Assembly: GCA_004357495.1 (NCBI GenBank)
Contig: SMWD01000005.1
Location: 1 to 60,932 of the forward strand
DNA length: 60,932 bases
Direction of reading: 5' to 3'
Source of the DNA: Gammaproteobacteria bacterium
Lineage (GTDB): Bacteria > Pseudomonadota > Gammaproteobacteria > Steroidobacterales > GCA-2729495
The position numbers and the translations under genes were made by a program. The notes under the pieces are model-generated. The model saw only the letters and a list, made by a program, of their open reading frames with translations. It did not search any database and was not told the origin of the DNA. This document shows positions 41,418 to 51,085 of the stretch, in pieces (positions within the stretch are counted from its first letter, which is position 1; every line of letters begins with the position of its first letter).

Positions 41418-44400
41418 TTTCGGTTGCCGCCGAGTCGTTGCACCAGCCGGGTCGCGAAGTCGAAGCGACTGTCCGGTTCTTCAAGTTCTGCGATGATCTT
41501 CAAGCGTTGCTGGCGGTCCAGTCGATAACGTTCCGGCTCTGATTCTAGCAGTTGTACGAGTATCCCGGGGTCGACGCTGGTGTGTGCGCCAAACTCGACG
41601 AGGCCGCCGCCCGCGCTCATCTCGAGCCGCTTGATACCCAGGGGTGAGGCAAGCTGGCGTATGGCCGATACGCGAAACAGGTTTTTCGCAGCGGGTGGCA
41701 GCAAACCGAAGCGATCGATCAACTCGACCTGGAGGTTCTGCAGTGCGCGTTCGTCCTTCGCGCTGGCGATGCGCTTGTAGTGTACCAGGCGGAGGTGTAC
41801 GTCGGGCAGGTAGTCTTCGGGCAGCAGCGCCGGAATGTGCAGGTTGATTTCGGGACCCCGGTTCAGGTCGGTGGTCAGGTCCGGTTCGAGGCCGTCGCGT
41901 AGCGCCTGTACCGTCCGCGACAGCATGTCGTTGTACAGCGAGAAGCCGATCTCCTGGATCTGGCCGCTCTGGTCTTCGCCGAGCAGTTCGCCAGCGCCGC
42001 GGATTTCCAGGTCGTGCGCCGCCAGCACGAATCCGGCGCCCAGGTCCTCGAGCGACTCGATCGCCTCCAGGCGCTTGACGGCGTCGGCCGTCAGCGCTTC
42101 GCGCGGCGGTGCCATCAGGTAGGCGAACGCCTGATGATGCGAACGACCGACGCGGCCGCGCAGCTGATGCAATTGCGCGAGGCCGAAACGGTCTGCGCGA
42201 TTGATGATGATCGTGTTCGCGGTCGGCACGTCCAGACCGCTTTCGATGATGGCGGTGCAGACCAGGATATGAAACCGCTGATGATAGAAGTCGTTCATGA
42301 TGCGTTCGAGATCGCGTTCGCGCATCTGCCCGTGCGCCAGTTCGACGCGCGCCTCGGGTACGAGTTTTGCGACCTGATCGGCGATCCTCTGGATGTCTGC
42401 GACGCGATTGTGCACGAAATAGACCTGGCCGCCGCGCTTGAGCTCGCGCTGGCATGCCTCGCGGATCAGGCCGTCGTTCCAGCGTGTGACGAACGTCTTG
42501 ATCGACAGGCGGGTTTCGGGTGGGGTCGCGATCATCGATAGCTCGCGCAGGCCGCCCAACGCCATGTTGAGCGTGCGCGGAATCGGTGTCGCGGTCAGCG
42601 TCAGGATATCGACCTCGGTTCGCAATGTTTTCAGCCGTTCCTTGTGGCGGACTCCGAAGCGGTGCTCTTCATCGATAATCACCAGACCGAGATCCCGGAA
42701 CTCGACTGCGCGCTGTAACAGCCGGTGCGTGCCGATGACGATATCGACGTGGCCGGAGCGCATGCCGTCGAGCACCCGGCGGCTTTCGGCCGGACTCTGG
42801 AAGCGCGACAGCACCGCGACATTGACCGGCCAGTCGGCGAAGCGGTCGACAAATGTCTGGTAGTGCTGCTGGGCCAGCAGCGTCGTCGGTACGAGTACGG
42901 CGACCTGCCGACTGTTGGAGACCACGACAAATGCGGCTCGCAGTGCGACCTCGGTCTTGCCGAAACCGACGTCGCCGCAGACCAGCCGGTCCATTGGCTT
43001 CGAGGCGGTCAGGTCCTGCGTCACGGCAGCGATCGCGGTCGCCTGGTCGTCGGTGGTCACGAACGGAAACCCGTCGGCGAACTTTTCGACTTCGCCCGGA
43101 TCCAGCCGGTAGCTGTAGCCGGTTCGGGCGGCACGCTGCGCATACAGTTCCAGCAGTTCGGCGGCGACATCGCGAATCTGCCCGGCCGCCTTGCTGCGGG
43201 CCCTGGCCCATTGGTCGGAGCCGAGCCGGTGCAGCGGCGCCTGCTCGGGCGATGCACCCGTGTAGCGCGAGATCAGGTGCAAGGACGCGACGGGCACATG
43301 CAGGCGGTCGCCGCCGGCGTACTCGAGCGTCAGGAATTCGGTTGGCGTGGCATCGAACTCGAGGTTGGTCAGGCCAACGAAGCGGCCGATACCGTGGTCG
43401 GCGTGCACCACCGGGGCGCCGGCGTGGAGGTCCGTCAGGTCGCTGATCAGCGCTGCCGGGTCTTTGACCCGTCGGCGCCGGCGCCGCGGCTTCGGTTTTT
43501 CGCCGAACAATTCCTGCTCGGTCAGGATGACGAGGTCGGCGTCCTCGAAGCGGACACCCTGGTCCAGCGGAGCGACACTGATCGCGGTGTGGGCGCCGCC
43601 GCGCAGAAATTCCGACCACGATTCGACCTGCACGGGCGTGGCCTGCTCCTGGCGCAGCACGTCGATCAGCAGCTCGCGCCGTCCGGCCGATTCGGACACA
43701 AACAGGATCCGGGCCGGCCGCTGCACGAGGAATTCTCGCAGACGGCGCGAAGGTTCCGCCTCGCGCCGGTTGATCAGCATGCCCGGTGCCGCGGCGACGG
43801 GCAGGTTCAGTACCGTAGGCCCGAGTTCCTCGGCCGGGATCTCGTGGGTTTCGAGGCGAATCAGCGGATGTGCGTTCAGGGCCGCGATATGGTGCGTCGC
43901 CGACCGGTATAGCTCATCCGGTTCGAGGGCCGGTCGTTCCGGATCGTGGCGCGTCTGCTCGTAGCGTTCCAGTGCCTGTTGCCATGCTGCCTCCAGCGGC
44001 GACTCGAGGTCATCGCAACACACAATCACGGTATCGTCGGGCAGGTAATCCCACAGCGTCGCGGTGACATCGAAGAACAGGGGCAGGTAGTTTTCGCAGC
44101 CTCCGGGCAGGCGGCGTTCGGTAATCTCTCTGTAAATCAGTGATTTGGCAGGGTTTCCTTCAAAGCGCTGACGATAGCGCCGGCGGAACTGGCGAACGGC
44201 TTCGGCGTCGATCGGTATTTCCCGCGCGGGCAGCGTGTCGAGCGCATCAATCCTGGCAGTGGTCACTTGCGAGTCGGGGTCGAATTCGCGCAGCGACTCG
44301 ATCTGGTCGTCGAAGAAATCGACGCGGATCGGCAACTCGTGGCCGGTTGGAAAGAAGTCGATCAGCGACCCGCGCACCGCATAGTCGCCGTGCAGGCCGA

Positions 44401-44893
44401 CCTGGGCGACGCGCTGATAGCCCGAATCCTCGAGTCGCGCGCGGAAGGCCTCCCGGTCCAGCGGCTGGCCGGTGCGGATGCTGATGCCGCGGCTGGCGAG
44501 GTATTCGCGCGGCGGCAGCTGCGGCAGCAGCGTCGGCGCCGCTACGATCAGGGTCATCGGTGGCCCGTCCGGCAGGTCGCGCAGGATGCGCAATCGCCGC
44601 GAGATAAGGTCCTGGTGCGGGCTGAATGCGTCGTACGGCAGTACCTCGAGATCCGGGAACAGCTTGAGGTTGCCGTCTGCGCCCAGAAAGAATTCGATTT
44701 GCCCCGCCAGCGCCTCGGCCTCGGCCACGCTGGCCGTCAGCACCAGCAGACAGCGGTCGGCTGCGCGGCTGTGGTCTGCGAGCTCGGCGATGGCCAGCGC
44801 CCGTGACGCGCCGTAGGCCTTGCCCCAGCGACGTGATTCACCGGCAAGTTTCGGCAGCGGGTCAGACGAGGTGTGCAGCAATAGTGCTGTCAT
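41414..44893 (-). CDS. mfd: Transcription-repair coupling factor
   Basis: 1159 aa. 'DRLVCGDVGFGKTEVALRAAF', 'LVIIDEEHRFGV', 'TATPIPRTL', 'QLRGRVGRS'. Confidence 0.97.
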   Translation of the reverse strand: MTALLLHTSSDPLPKLAGESRRWGKAYGASRALAIAELADHSRAADRCLLVLTASVAEAEALAGQIEFFLGADGNLKLFPDLEVLPYDAFSPHQDLISRRLRILRDLPDGPPMTLIVAAPTLLPQLPPREYLASRGISIRTGQPLDREAFRARLEDSGYQRVAQVGLHGDYAVRGSLIDFFPTGHELPIRVDFFDDQIESLREFDPDSQVTTARIDALDTLPAREIPIDAEAVRQFRRRYRQRFEGNPAKSLIYREITERRLPGGCENYLPLFFDVTATLWDYLPDDTVIVCCDDLESPLEAAWQQALERYEQTRHDPERPALEPDELYRSATHHIAALNAHPLIRLETHEIPAEELGPTVLNLPVAAAPGMLINRREAEPSRRLREFLVQRPARILFVSESAGRRELLIDVLRQEQATPVQVESWSEFLRGGAHTAISVAPLDQGVRFEDADLVILTEQELFGEKPKPRRRRRRVKDPAALISDLTDLHAGAPVVHADHGIGRFVGLTNLEFDATPTEFLTLEYAGGDRLHVPVASLHLISRYTGASPEQAPLHRLGSDQWARARSKAAGQIRDVAAELLELYAQRAARTGYSYRLDPGEVEKFADGFPFVTTDDQATAIAAVTQDLTASKPMDRLVCGDVGFGKTEVALRAAFVVVSNSRQVAVLVPTTLLAQQHYQTFVDRFADWPVNVAVLSRFQSPAESRRVLDGMRSGHVDIVIGTHRLLQRAVEFRDLGLVIIDEEHRFGVRHKERLKTLRTEVDILTLTATPIPRTLNMALGGLRELSMIATPPETRLSIKTFVTRWNDGLIREACQRELKRGGQVYFVHNRVADIQRIADQVAKLVPEARVELAHGQMRERDLERIMNDFYHQRFHILVCTAIIESGLDVPTANTIIINRADRFGLAQLHQLRGRVGRSHHQAFAYLMAPPREALTADAVKRLEAIESLEDLGAGFVLAAHDLEIRGAGELLGEDQSGQIQEIGFSLYNDMLSRTVQALRDGLEPDLTTDLNRGPEINLHIPALLPEDYLPDVHLRLVHYKRIASAKDERALQNLQVELIDRFGLLPPAAKNLFRVSAIRQLASPLGIKRLEMSAGGGLVEFGAHTSVDPGILVQLLESEPERYRLDRQQRLKIIAELEEPDSRFDFATRLVQRLGGNRN

Positions 44894-45078
44894 TATTTGC
44901 GTATGTTCAGGTCGAGTGGTTCGCGGAACGCGCGATTATCCCATACGGCGGCGGGTATCGGCGCCGTATTTCCGCGTGGCGGGACGGGTTCAGCGTGTCG
45001 CTGACAGCGGGGCAGCGGGTGGCCGGGAGACTTCGTTCGACCGACGTCCGGGCGTGCGCAAGGGATCGCGCTGCCCGG

Positions 45079-45366
45079 CTAGTTTTTTTGCACCGCGTGA
45101 ATTACGTTCGTGTACTCGAAATACACGATGAAATACGGGTATTCCCAGCGGGTGATGGGTGGATCGCCGATCGCATTGTGCTTCGACAGTGGCACGCCCC
45201 AACGCGATTCGACGGTGGTCATGCTCATGCCCCGATTGGGGCGGGTGTCCACCGACGCCGTGGACTGACTCAGATTATCGACGATCAGCGAATCGGCGAT
45301 CACCGTGACCGGCGCCGCTGCGAGCGCCATGACGGCAATAGATGCTAACAATGTCAGCCGAACCAT
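45079..45366 (-). CDS. Small secreted hypothetical protein
   Basis: GGGAGG lies 6 nt upstream of ATG 45366. Signal peptide 'MVRLTLLASIAVMALAAAPVTVIA'. C-terminus 'ITRWEYPYFIVYFEYTNVIHAV'. Confidence 0.6.
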   Translation of the reverse strand: MVRLTLLASIAVMALAAAPVTVIADSLIVDNLSQSTASVDTRPNRGMSMTTVESRWGVPLSKHNAIGDPPITRWEYPYFIVYFEYTNVIHAVQKN

Positions 45367-45520
45367 GGCGACCTCCCAAGGTATACTTCGAGCCATCTTA
45401 CCGCTGACGGGTTGGCAGAGAAACATCCTGCGCTATGGACATGATTCATGAAATGGTGTATCCGCAAGGAGCTCGGCCCGTCGTCGCCGCCGTGGGTTGC
45501 GGCTGGTGCATGGGGTGTAG

Positions 45521-46774
45521 TTGCGCATGATGCGGCCAGTCGCTGCATTCGTCGGCCTGCGTTACCTGCGTGCGCAGACGGCGAATCAATTCGCTTCGTT
45601 CGTCAGTATTGCTTCGGTCATTTGCGTGGCACTGGGGGTCGCGTCGTTGATCGTCGTCATGTCGGTCATGAACGGCTTCGAGAGCGAGCTGCGTGAGCGG
45701 TTATTGAGCCTCGTCGGGCATGCCTCGATCGAGGCGGCGGGCGACGAGTTGGACTGGCGCGCCGCGCGCGCGGCCATCGAGGCGCGTGACGGAGTGGTTG
45801 CGGCAGCCCCGTTCATCGATCTCGAAGTCATGTTGTCGGGTGGCCGCAAGCTGTCCGGCGCCTTGTTGACCGGCATCCTGCCGGAACTCGAACGCGGCAT
45901 TTCCGAGGTCGAGCGCCACATGCGCGTCGGCCGGCTGGATGACCTGCGCGCGGGCAAGCAGGGCATTATCCTGGGTCGCGCGCTGGCGCTGCAGCTTGGT
46001 CTCGACCAGGGCGACGCGCTGACGGTCATGGCGCCGCGGAAGTCGGCGGGGCGTGGCCTCGATACAGCACTGCGTCAATTCACCGTGGTCGGCATCTTCG
46101 AGATGGGGCTGCGTGATCACGATGGCGTGCGTGCGCTGGTACACCTGGATGATGCGGTACTGCTGGCCGGGCGATCCACCATCGGCGTGCGCGTCAAGAC
46201 CGCAGATCCGTTTGCAGCTCCGGGCCTGGTTCGGTCGTGGGCCGCCGACTGGAGCGTCGACGGCCGGCCCGGCGTGCGTATTCGTGACTGGACCGAAGAC
46301 AATGCAACTTACTTCCGGGCAATGCGGATCGAGAAAATCATGATGTCGCTGCTGTTATCACTGATCGTCGCCGTCGCGGTCTTCAATATCGTGGCGACGC
46401 TGGTCATGACGGTGACCGACAAACGTTCCGGTATCGCGATCCTGCGGACGCTCGGCTACTCGCGTCGAACTATTGTGCAGATTTTTGCCTTCCAGGGCCT
46501 CGTCGTCGGCTGGTTCGGCGTACTCGTAGGCATGACTCTGGGCGTATCGCTGGCGCGTAATATCGATGTGCTCGCGCCGCGGCTCGAGCGCTTGTTCGGG
46601 TTCGAGTTCATGCCCGCCGATGTGTACTACCTGACATCACTGCCCGCCGAATTGCATGTCGGCGATGTCGTGTGGGTCGCGGTAATCGCACTGCTGATGA
46701 CGGCGCTGGCAACGGTCTACCCCGCAATGCGTGCATCGGGCGTCGCGCCGGCCGAGGTGTTGCGCTATGAATAG
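45521..46774 (+). CDS. lolC: Lipoprotein-releasing ABC transporter permease (LolC/E family)
   Basis: 'RYLRAQTANQFASFVSIASVICVALGVASLIVVMSVMNGFESELRERL'; FtsX-type C-terminal TM bundle. The C versus E assignment is by gene order only. Confidence 0.85.
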   Translation: MRMMRPVAAFVGLRYLRAQTANQFASFVSIASVICVALGVASLIVVMSVMNGFESELRERLLSLVGHASIEAAGDELDWRAARAAIEARDGVVAAAPFIDLEVMLSGGRKLSGALLTGILPELERGISEVERHMRVGRLDDLRAGKQGIILGRALALQLGLDQGDALTVMAPRKSAGRGLDTALRQFTVVGIFEMGLRDHDGVRALVHLDDAVLLAGRSTIGVRVKTADPFAAPGLVRSWAADWSVDGRPGVRIRDWTEDNATYFRAMRIEKIMMSLLLSLIVAVAVFNIVATLVMTVTDKRSGIAILRTLGYSRRTIVQIFAFQGLVVGWFGVLVGMTLGVSLARNIDVLAPRLERLFGFEFMPADVYYLTSLPAELHVGDVVWVAVIALLMTALATVYPAMRASGVAPAEVLRYE

Positions 46775-46801
46775 GCGGCCGTTGAACAGGCGAACCGGGC
46801 A

Positions 46802-48049
46802 ATGTTGAGGCCATACGAACTGGGCGTGGCAGTGCGGTACCTGCGCTCCAGCAACAAGAACCGCTTCATCTCATTTATCTCACTGATCTCGGTCGTCGGT
46901 ATTGCGCTTGCCGTGGCGGTGCTGATCGTCGTCCTGTCGGTCATGAACGGCTTCGAGCACGAGGTTCGGGCGAAGATCCTGAGCGTCGTGTCGCACGCGG
47001 CGATTACCGGCTGGGACGGGCGGCTGGAGGACTACGCACTGGTCGAAGACATCGCGGCCGCTCACCCGCAGACGCGGGCGGTGGCGCGGTTTATCGAAGG
47101 GCAGGGCATGCTGGTTGGCGACGCCGCCATCAAAGGGGTCGAAGTCCGCGGCGTCGATCCGGACGCCGAGCGCCGGGCATCCGGCATCGCGGATTTGATC
47201 GAAGCCGGTTCGCTGGCATCCCTGCAAGCGCGCAAATACCGGATCATCATCGGTCGCGAACTGGCCGAACTGCTCGAGGTCGGCGTCGGCGACAGCTTGA
47301 TCTTGATGATCGCGCAGGGTGTGACGACGCCGGCGGGTCTGGTGCCGCGCATGCGCCGCTTTACCGTCAGCGGCATCTTTTATGCCGGCATGTACGAGTA
47401 CGATCGCGGCCTGGCATTGATCAACGTAGAGGACGCCGCCCGGTTGTTTCGGCTGGGCGACGCGGTCACCGGGGTGCGCATTGCCTTCGTCGACCCGCTG
47501 CGGGCGCCGGTGGCAGTGCGCGAAATTGCGCGGTCGCTCGGACGTGACGTCTATATCACTGACTGGACGCGACAACACGCGAACTTTTTTCGCTCGATCC
47601 AGTTGACGAAGTCGATGATATTCGTGATCCTTCTGCTCGTCGTGGCAGTCGCTGCTTTTAACATCGTATCCACCCTGGTCATGGTCGTCCGCGAGAAGCG
47701 CGCGGAGATCGCGATCCTGCGTACCATCGGGGCATCGCCGGCCTCGATCCTCGCGATTTTCGTCTCGCAGGGCGGTTTGATCGGCATCGCCGGTACGACC
47801 CTCGGCGTCCTGTTCGGGCTCCTGGTGGCGACCAACATCGCCTGGATCGTCGCGCTGATCGAGCAGGTCCTCGGGTTTCGCTTTCTCGCCCCGGACGTAT
47901 ATTTCATCAGCGATTTTCCGAGCCAGGTGCGCGCTGGTGACGTCGTCGAGATCGCGTCGATCGCGCTGCTGCTGGCCTTCGTCTCGACGGTTTACCCGGC
48001 CTGGCGCGCCGCCGTCATGGCCCCTGCGCAGGCGCTGAGGCATGAGTGA
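46802..48049 (+). CDS. lolE: Lipoprotein-releasing ABC transporter permease (LolC/E family)
   Basis: Paralogue of the previous gene: '[49 protein letters not shown]'. Confidence 0.85.
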   Translation: MLRPYELGVAVRYLRSSNKNRFISFISLISVVGIALAVAVLIVVLSVMNGFEHEVRAKILSVVSHAAITGWDGRLEDYALVEDIAAAHPQTRAVARFIEGQGMLVGDAAIKGVEVRGVDPDAERRASGIADLIEAGSLASLQARKYRIIIGRELAELLEVGVGDSLILMIAQGVTTPAGLVPRMRRFTVSGIFYAGMYEYDRGLALINVEDAARLFRLGDAVTGVRIAFVDPLRAPVAVREIARSLGRDVYITDWTRQHANFFRSIQLTKSMIFVILLLVVAVAAFNIVSTLVMVVREKRAEIAILRTIGASPASILAIFVSQGGLIGIAGTTLGVLFGLLVATNIAWIVALIEQVLGFRFLAPDVYFISDFPSQVRAGDVVEIASIALLLAFVSTVYPAWRAAVMAPAQALRHE

Positions 48050-48791
48050 TGCCGGTGTGAAGCCGGGGCGGGCATCGACCGCCGCCGATGCTTTGCCATT
48101 GCAGTGTCACGGCCTGGTCAAGCGTTTCGCCGAGGGGGGCCAGGTGCTCGAGATCCTGCAGGGCGTCGATCTCAGCGTCTCTGCCGGCGAGACCCTGGCG
48201 ATCATCGGCGAGTCGGGTGCCGGCAAGACGACTTTGCTGCAGTTGCTCGGCGGTCTGGATGCGCCGACCCAGGGTCAGGTGACGGTTTTCGGGCAGGACC
48301 TCGCCGCATTGAACAGCACCGCGCGCGGCGCACTGCGCAATCGTACGCTGGGCTTTGTCTACCAGTTTCATCATCTGCTGCCCGAGTTCTCGGCGCTCGA
48401 AAATGTTGCGATGCCCCTGTTGTTACGTCGCACGCCGCTCGCCGAGGTGCAGGCACAGGCCCGCAGGCTGCTGGAGCGCGTCGGCCTCGGGGATCGCCTG
48501 ACTCACCGGCCGGGCCAATTATCGGGCGGGGAGCGTCAGCGCGTGGCCGTTGCCCGCGCGCTCGTGACGAGCCCTGCGGTGGTACTGGCCGACGAGCCGA
48601 CCGGCAACCTCGATCACAAGTCCGGAGAACGGACGCTGGCGCTGATGCTCGAACTCAACCGGGAAACCGGCGCCAGTCTCGTGGTCGTGACCCATTCGGC
48701 GGAGATCGCGCGGCAGATGGGTCGGGTGCTCGAACTGGCCGACGGTCGCTTGCACGACGTGACGGCCCGTATTTCACCAAAATTAAAATGA
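48042..48791 (+). CDS. lolD: Lipoprotein-releasing system ATP-binding protein LolD
   Basis: '[18 protein letters not shown]', '[15 protein letters not shown]', '[11 protein letters not shown]'. The last codons (..ISPKLK) run into AT-rich DNA. Confidence 0.93.
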   Translation: MSDAGVKPGRASTAADALPLQCHGLVKRFAEGGQVLEILQGVDLSVSAGETLAIIGESGAGKTTLLQLLGGLDAPTQGQVTVFGQDLAALNSTARGALRNRTLGFVYQFHHLLPEFSALENVAMPLLLRRTPLAEVQAQARRLLERVGLGDRLTHRPGQLSGGERQRVAVARALVTSPAVVLADEPTGNLDHKSGERTLALMLELNRETGASLVVVTHSAEIARQMGRVLELADGRLHDVTARISPKLK

Positions 48792-48793
48792 AA

Positions 48794-48841
48794 TATATCT
48801 AAGGTATGTTCTTGGATTATCGATATAAGATATTGATTAAG
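48794..48841. repeat. Copy 3 (more diverged) of the dispersed AT-rich element, starting at the lolD stop
   Basis: TATATCTAAGGTATGTTCTTGGATTATCGATATAAGATATTGATTAAG carries the same ordered blocks as 39523-39570, with slightly different spacing. Confidence 0.55.
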
Positions 48842-48923
48842 AAAGTCAGGAGATTGAAGAAAATTCTATTGGCCGGTCATCGATGGTGATCTGCGCGGGT
48901 TCTTCGCCTTGCGGTTTTGCCCG

Positions 48924-49331
48924 CTATACGTCGGTGTCCGTGCACACGCCGAATACGGTCACAGAGATACCATCGCGCGCGATGGCAACCGTCATATGAC
49001 CTGAAGCTTCCTCGATGACAAAACTGAACGCTCGTTCGTCCTCGAGCCCCTGAAGGTAGATTATTCCGTCGCTTCTTTCGACGCTCGAGAATGGCGATGA
49101 TCGATTCTGTCCGCTGCCCTTCGTGGTCGAAACTGATTTCTCTTTCATATCAATGACCACAAAATCCGGGATAGAAAGCTCCCAGGGTGCTACGGAAAAA
49201 CATTCGCCGTTTTCGAAGCAAATTTGTGCGCGTCCCGCGGCACACAGCAGTTCGTCGGTACCCACAAGGTTTTCAGCCATAGCCAGACCACTTGCCAGCA
49301 ATCCTGTGCAGGCGATCGCAAGATTTTTCAT
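48924..49331 (-). CDS. Hypothetical secreted protein (four Cys)
   Basis: AGGAG lies 7 nt upstream of the ATG. Signal peptide 'MKNLAIACTGLLASGLAMA'. Lower G+C than the flanks. No family recognised. Confidence 0.6.
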   Translation of the reverse strand: MKNLAIACTGLLASGLAMAENLVGTDELLCAAGRAQICFENGECFSVAPWELSIPDFVVIDMKEKSVSTTKGSGQNRSSPFSSVERSDGIIYLQGLEDERAFSFVIEEASGHMTVAIARDGISVTVFGVCTDTDV

Positions 49332-49397
49332 TGAGTTTCTCCTGTTTTCCGGTTGGTCGGCGCCGAGTACGTGCCTTCGTCTGCCTTCGCACGTAGC

Positions 49398-49943
49398 TTA
49401 AAATTTGACCATGTAATCTTTGGCCTCGAGGCAGACGCTAAATGCCTTCTTGAAATTATCTATCTGTTCGGCTGTTGCCTGTTGCTGGGCTGCGCCTTGC
49501 TGTTGAGCCTGTTGCTGCGCCTGTTGGCTGGCAGCGCGTGATCGCCGGCGGGACATAACCGCACCCGCAGCAGCGCCATAGGCGGCACCTTTGCCCGCAT
49601 CGTCGTTCGCTATTTCGCCGATCAATGCACCTGCGGCCGCACCCCTGGCAGCCCCCCTGACGCCCGCGCCCTGCGTTGCGCTCTTTGCCTGTTGCACCTG
49701 CTGGTCCGTTTGCTGAGCCTGTTGCTCGGTTTGTTTCTGGAGCTCGAACGGATCATTGCCCGTATTGTCGGTCGCCCAGTTGTAACACGCGGCTTCGTCC
49801 TTTGACTGCTGATCAGATGCCTGTCCCTCGGTGGGAAATACAAAGACCTCGAGCGTCGATGCAAGCGTTTTAGCCGATCCCTGCGCAACGCCGGTGGAAA
49901 AGGGCAGCGAGACCAGAAACGTAATCAGTATGAGTCGTCTCAT
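49398..49943 (-). CDS. Secreted glycine-zipper family protein with Gln-rich segments
   Basis: GAGGAG lies 6 nt upstream of ATG 49943. Signal peptide 'MRRLILITFLVSLPFSTGVAQG'. 'VFVFPTEGQASDQQSKDEAACYNWA', 'GAARGAAAGALIGEIANDDAGKGAAYGAAAGAV', C-terminal 'FKKAFSVCLEAKDYMVKF'. Confidence 0.65.
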   Translation of the reverse strand: MRRLILITFLVSLPFSTGVAQGSAKTLASTLEVFVFPTEGQASDQQSKDEAACYNWATDNTGNDPFELQKQTEQQAQQTDQQVQQAKSATQGAGVRGAARGAAAGALIGEIANDDAGKGAAYGAAAGAVMSRRRSRAASQQAQQQAQQQGAAQQQATAEQIDNFKKAFSVCLEAKDYMVKF

Positions 49944-49988
49944 TTTTTTCTCCTCAATAACAGGCAATAAAGGCCACACCGCATGTCG

Positions 49989-50246
49989 TCACTCATCGGC
50001 CGTTGTCTGCGACGGCGTCAGTATCAGCCGCGGCATCATCGTGCCTGCCACTGCGTGCGGTACCGCTACAGCCCACAAAAGCACCCCATTCATGCCGCCG
50101 TACGCACTGAATATTATCAGCCCTGCAGCGGCGCCCGCATTATAGACGCAGAGCCTGGCTCGCAGGGCAAGTCGAGCGTCATGTCCCGGCAATAACCCGA
50201 TCACAAACAGCGGCGCCGCAAGCAATGTGAGTCCGGTCAAAACCAC
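49989..50246 (-). CDS. Possible small membrane protein
   Basis: GTG-start 85-aa ORF with two or three hydrophobic helices ('LTGLTLLAAPLFVIGLL', 'AGAAAGLIIFSAYGGMNGVLLWAVAV'). Same strand as, and 45 nt upstream of, the glycine-zipper gene. No SD seen. Confidence 0.35.
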   Translation of the reverse strand: MVLTGLTLLAAPLFVIGLLPGHDARLALRARLCVYNAGAAAGLIIFSAYGGMNGVLLWAVAVPHAVAGTMMPRLILTPSQTTADE

Positions 50247-50441
50247 AATAATTTATGAAGCAGGCTTCAAAATCCTCGTGGATGCGACTTCGTGTACGTG
50301 GAGCCGCATTGCTTCACTGGCAGACCACGGATGGCGGTAGGATCAGTCATGTGCACGACTGACACCTCTTTTTATCGTGCCCAATCGAGGATTTCGAGCG
50401 TACGTACAGATAGCCACACGGCAGCGGACACGAGTACTGCC

Positions 50442-50975
50442 TTACCTTGACGGCGTACTGGTATCGTCCCGGCGGTGCCGGCGCCTGAAACGCGCCGCAA
50501 TGATGAGTCGCCAGATCACGCTGACCAGCACGTAGGCCGATGACGCGACGATCGTCGCGGCGATAAAGCAGCCGAGCAGCAGCGGTTTGCCGATCGTGAC
50601 GAAGCTGTTCGAGACCCATTCCCAGGACAGCTCGATCGCGAACGGCTGGGGCGGGATGTCGAGGATCAGCCGGCCGAGGGTGTATTCGTAATAGAAAATC
50701 GGGCCGATCGTGATCGGGTTCGTGGCCCAGGTCGTCAGCGCGGCGATCGGGACATTCACGCGCAGCAGCAGGGCCAGCGCCAGCGCAATCAGCGTCTGAC
50801 CGGGCAGAGGCAGCAATGCAATGAACAGGCCGATCCAGATCGCGCCTGCAACACTGCGTCGGCTGACCGACAGGAAGGTCGGGTGCGCCAGCAGGGCATC
50901 GAAGGGTTTCAGGTATACAGGTCGTTCTTTCCGCAGGTAACCGCTGGAAACGTGCCTGAAAAATCGTCGGGGCAT
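50442..50975 (-). CDS. DUF2062-family membrane protein
   Basis: 'HPTFLSVSRRSVAGAIWIGLFIALLPLPGQTLIALALALLLRVNVPIAALTTWATNP'. Divergent from comEC, as in related genomes. Confidence 0.8.
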   Translation of the reverse strand: MPRRFFRHVSSGYLRKERPVYLKPFDALLAHPTFLSVSRRSVAGAIWIGLFIALLPLPGQTLIALALALLLRVNVPIAALTTWATNPITIGPIFYYEYTLGRLILDIPPQPFAIELSWEWVSNSFVTIGKPLLLGCFIAATIVASSAYVLVSVIWRLIIAARFRRRHRRDDTSTPSR

Positions 50976-51085
50976 TGTTTAGTCTTCGATATCTACCAGC
51001 TGCAGATTCCGGGCCGGCCCGTCGCCGGTGGTTGATGCGCTGCAATGTGTACCCGCATTATCCATTTTCCTCGCCAAAGCGACAT

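Noticed and set aside
44953-44979. 8-bp inverted repeat ATACGGCG-(11 nt)-CGCCGTAT between the mfd start and the small secreted gene
   Set aside because: It is not followed by a T-run on either strand. It could be an operator or a weak terminator, but with one occurrence and no matching motif elsewhere in the window it stays unsupported.
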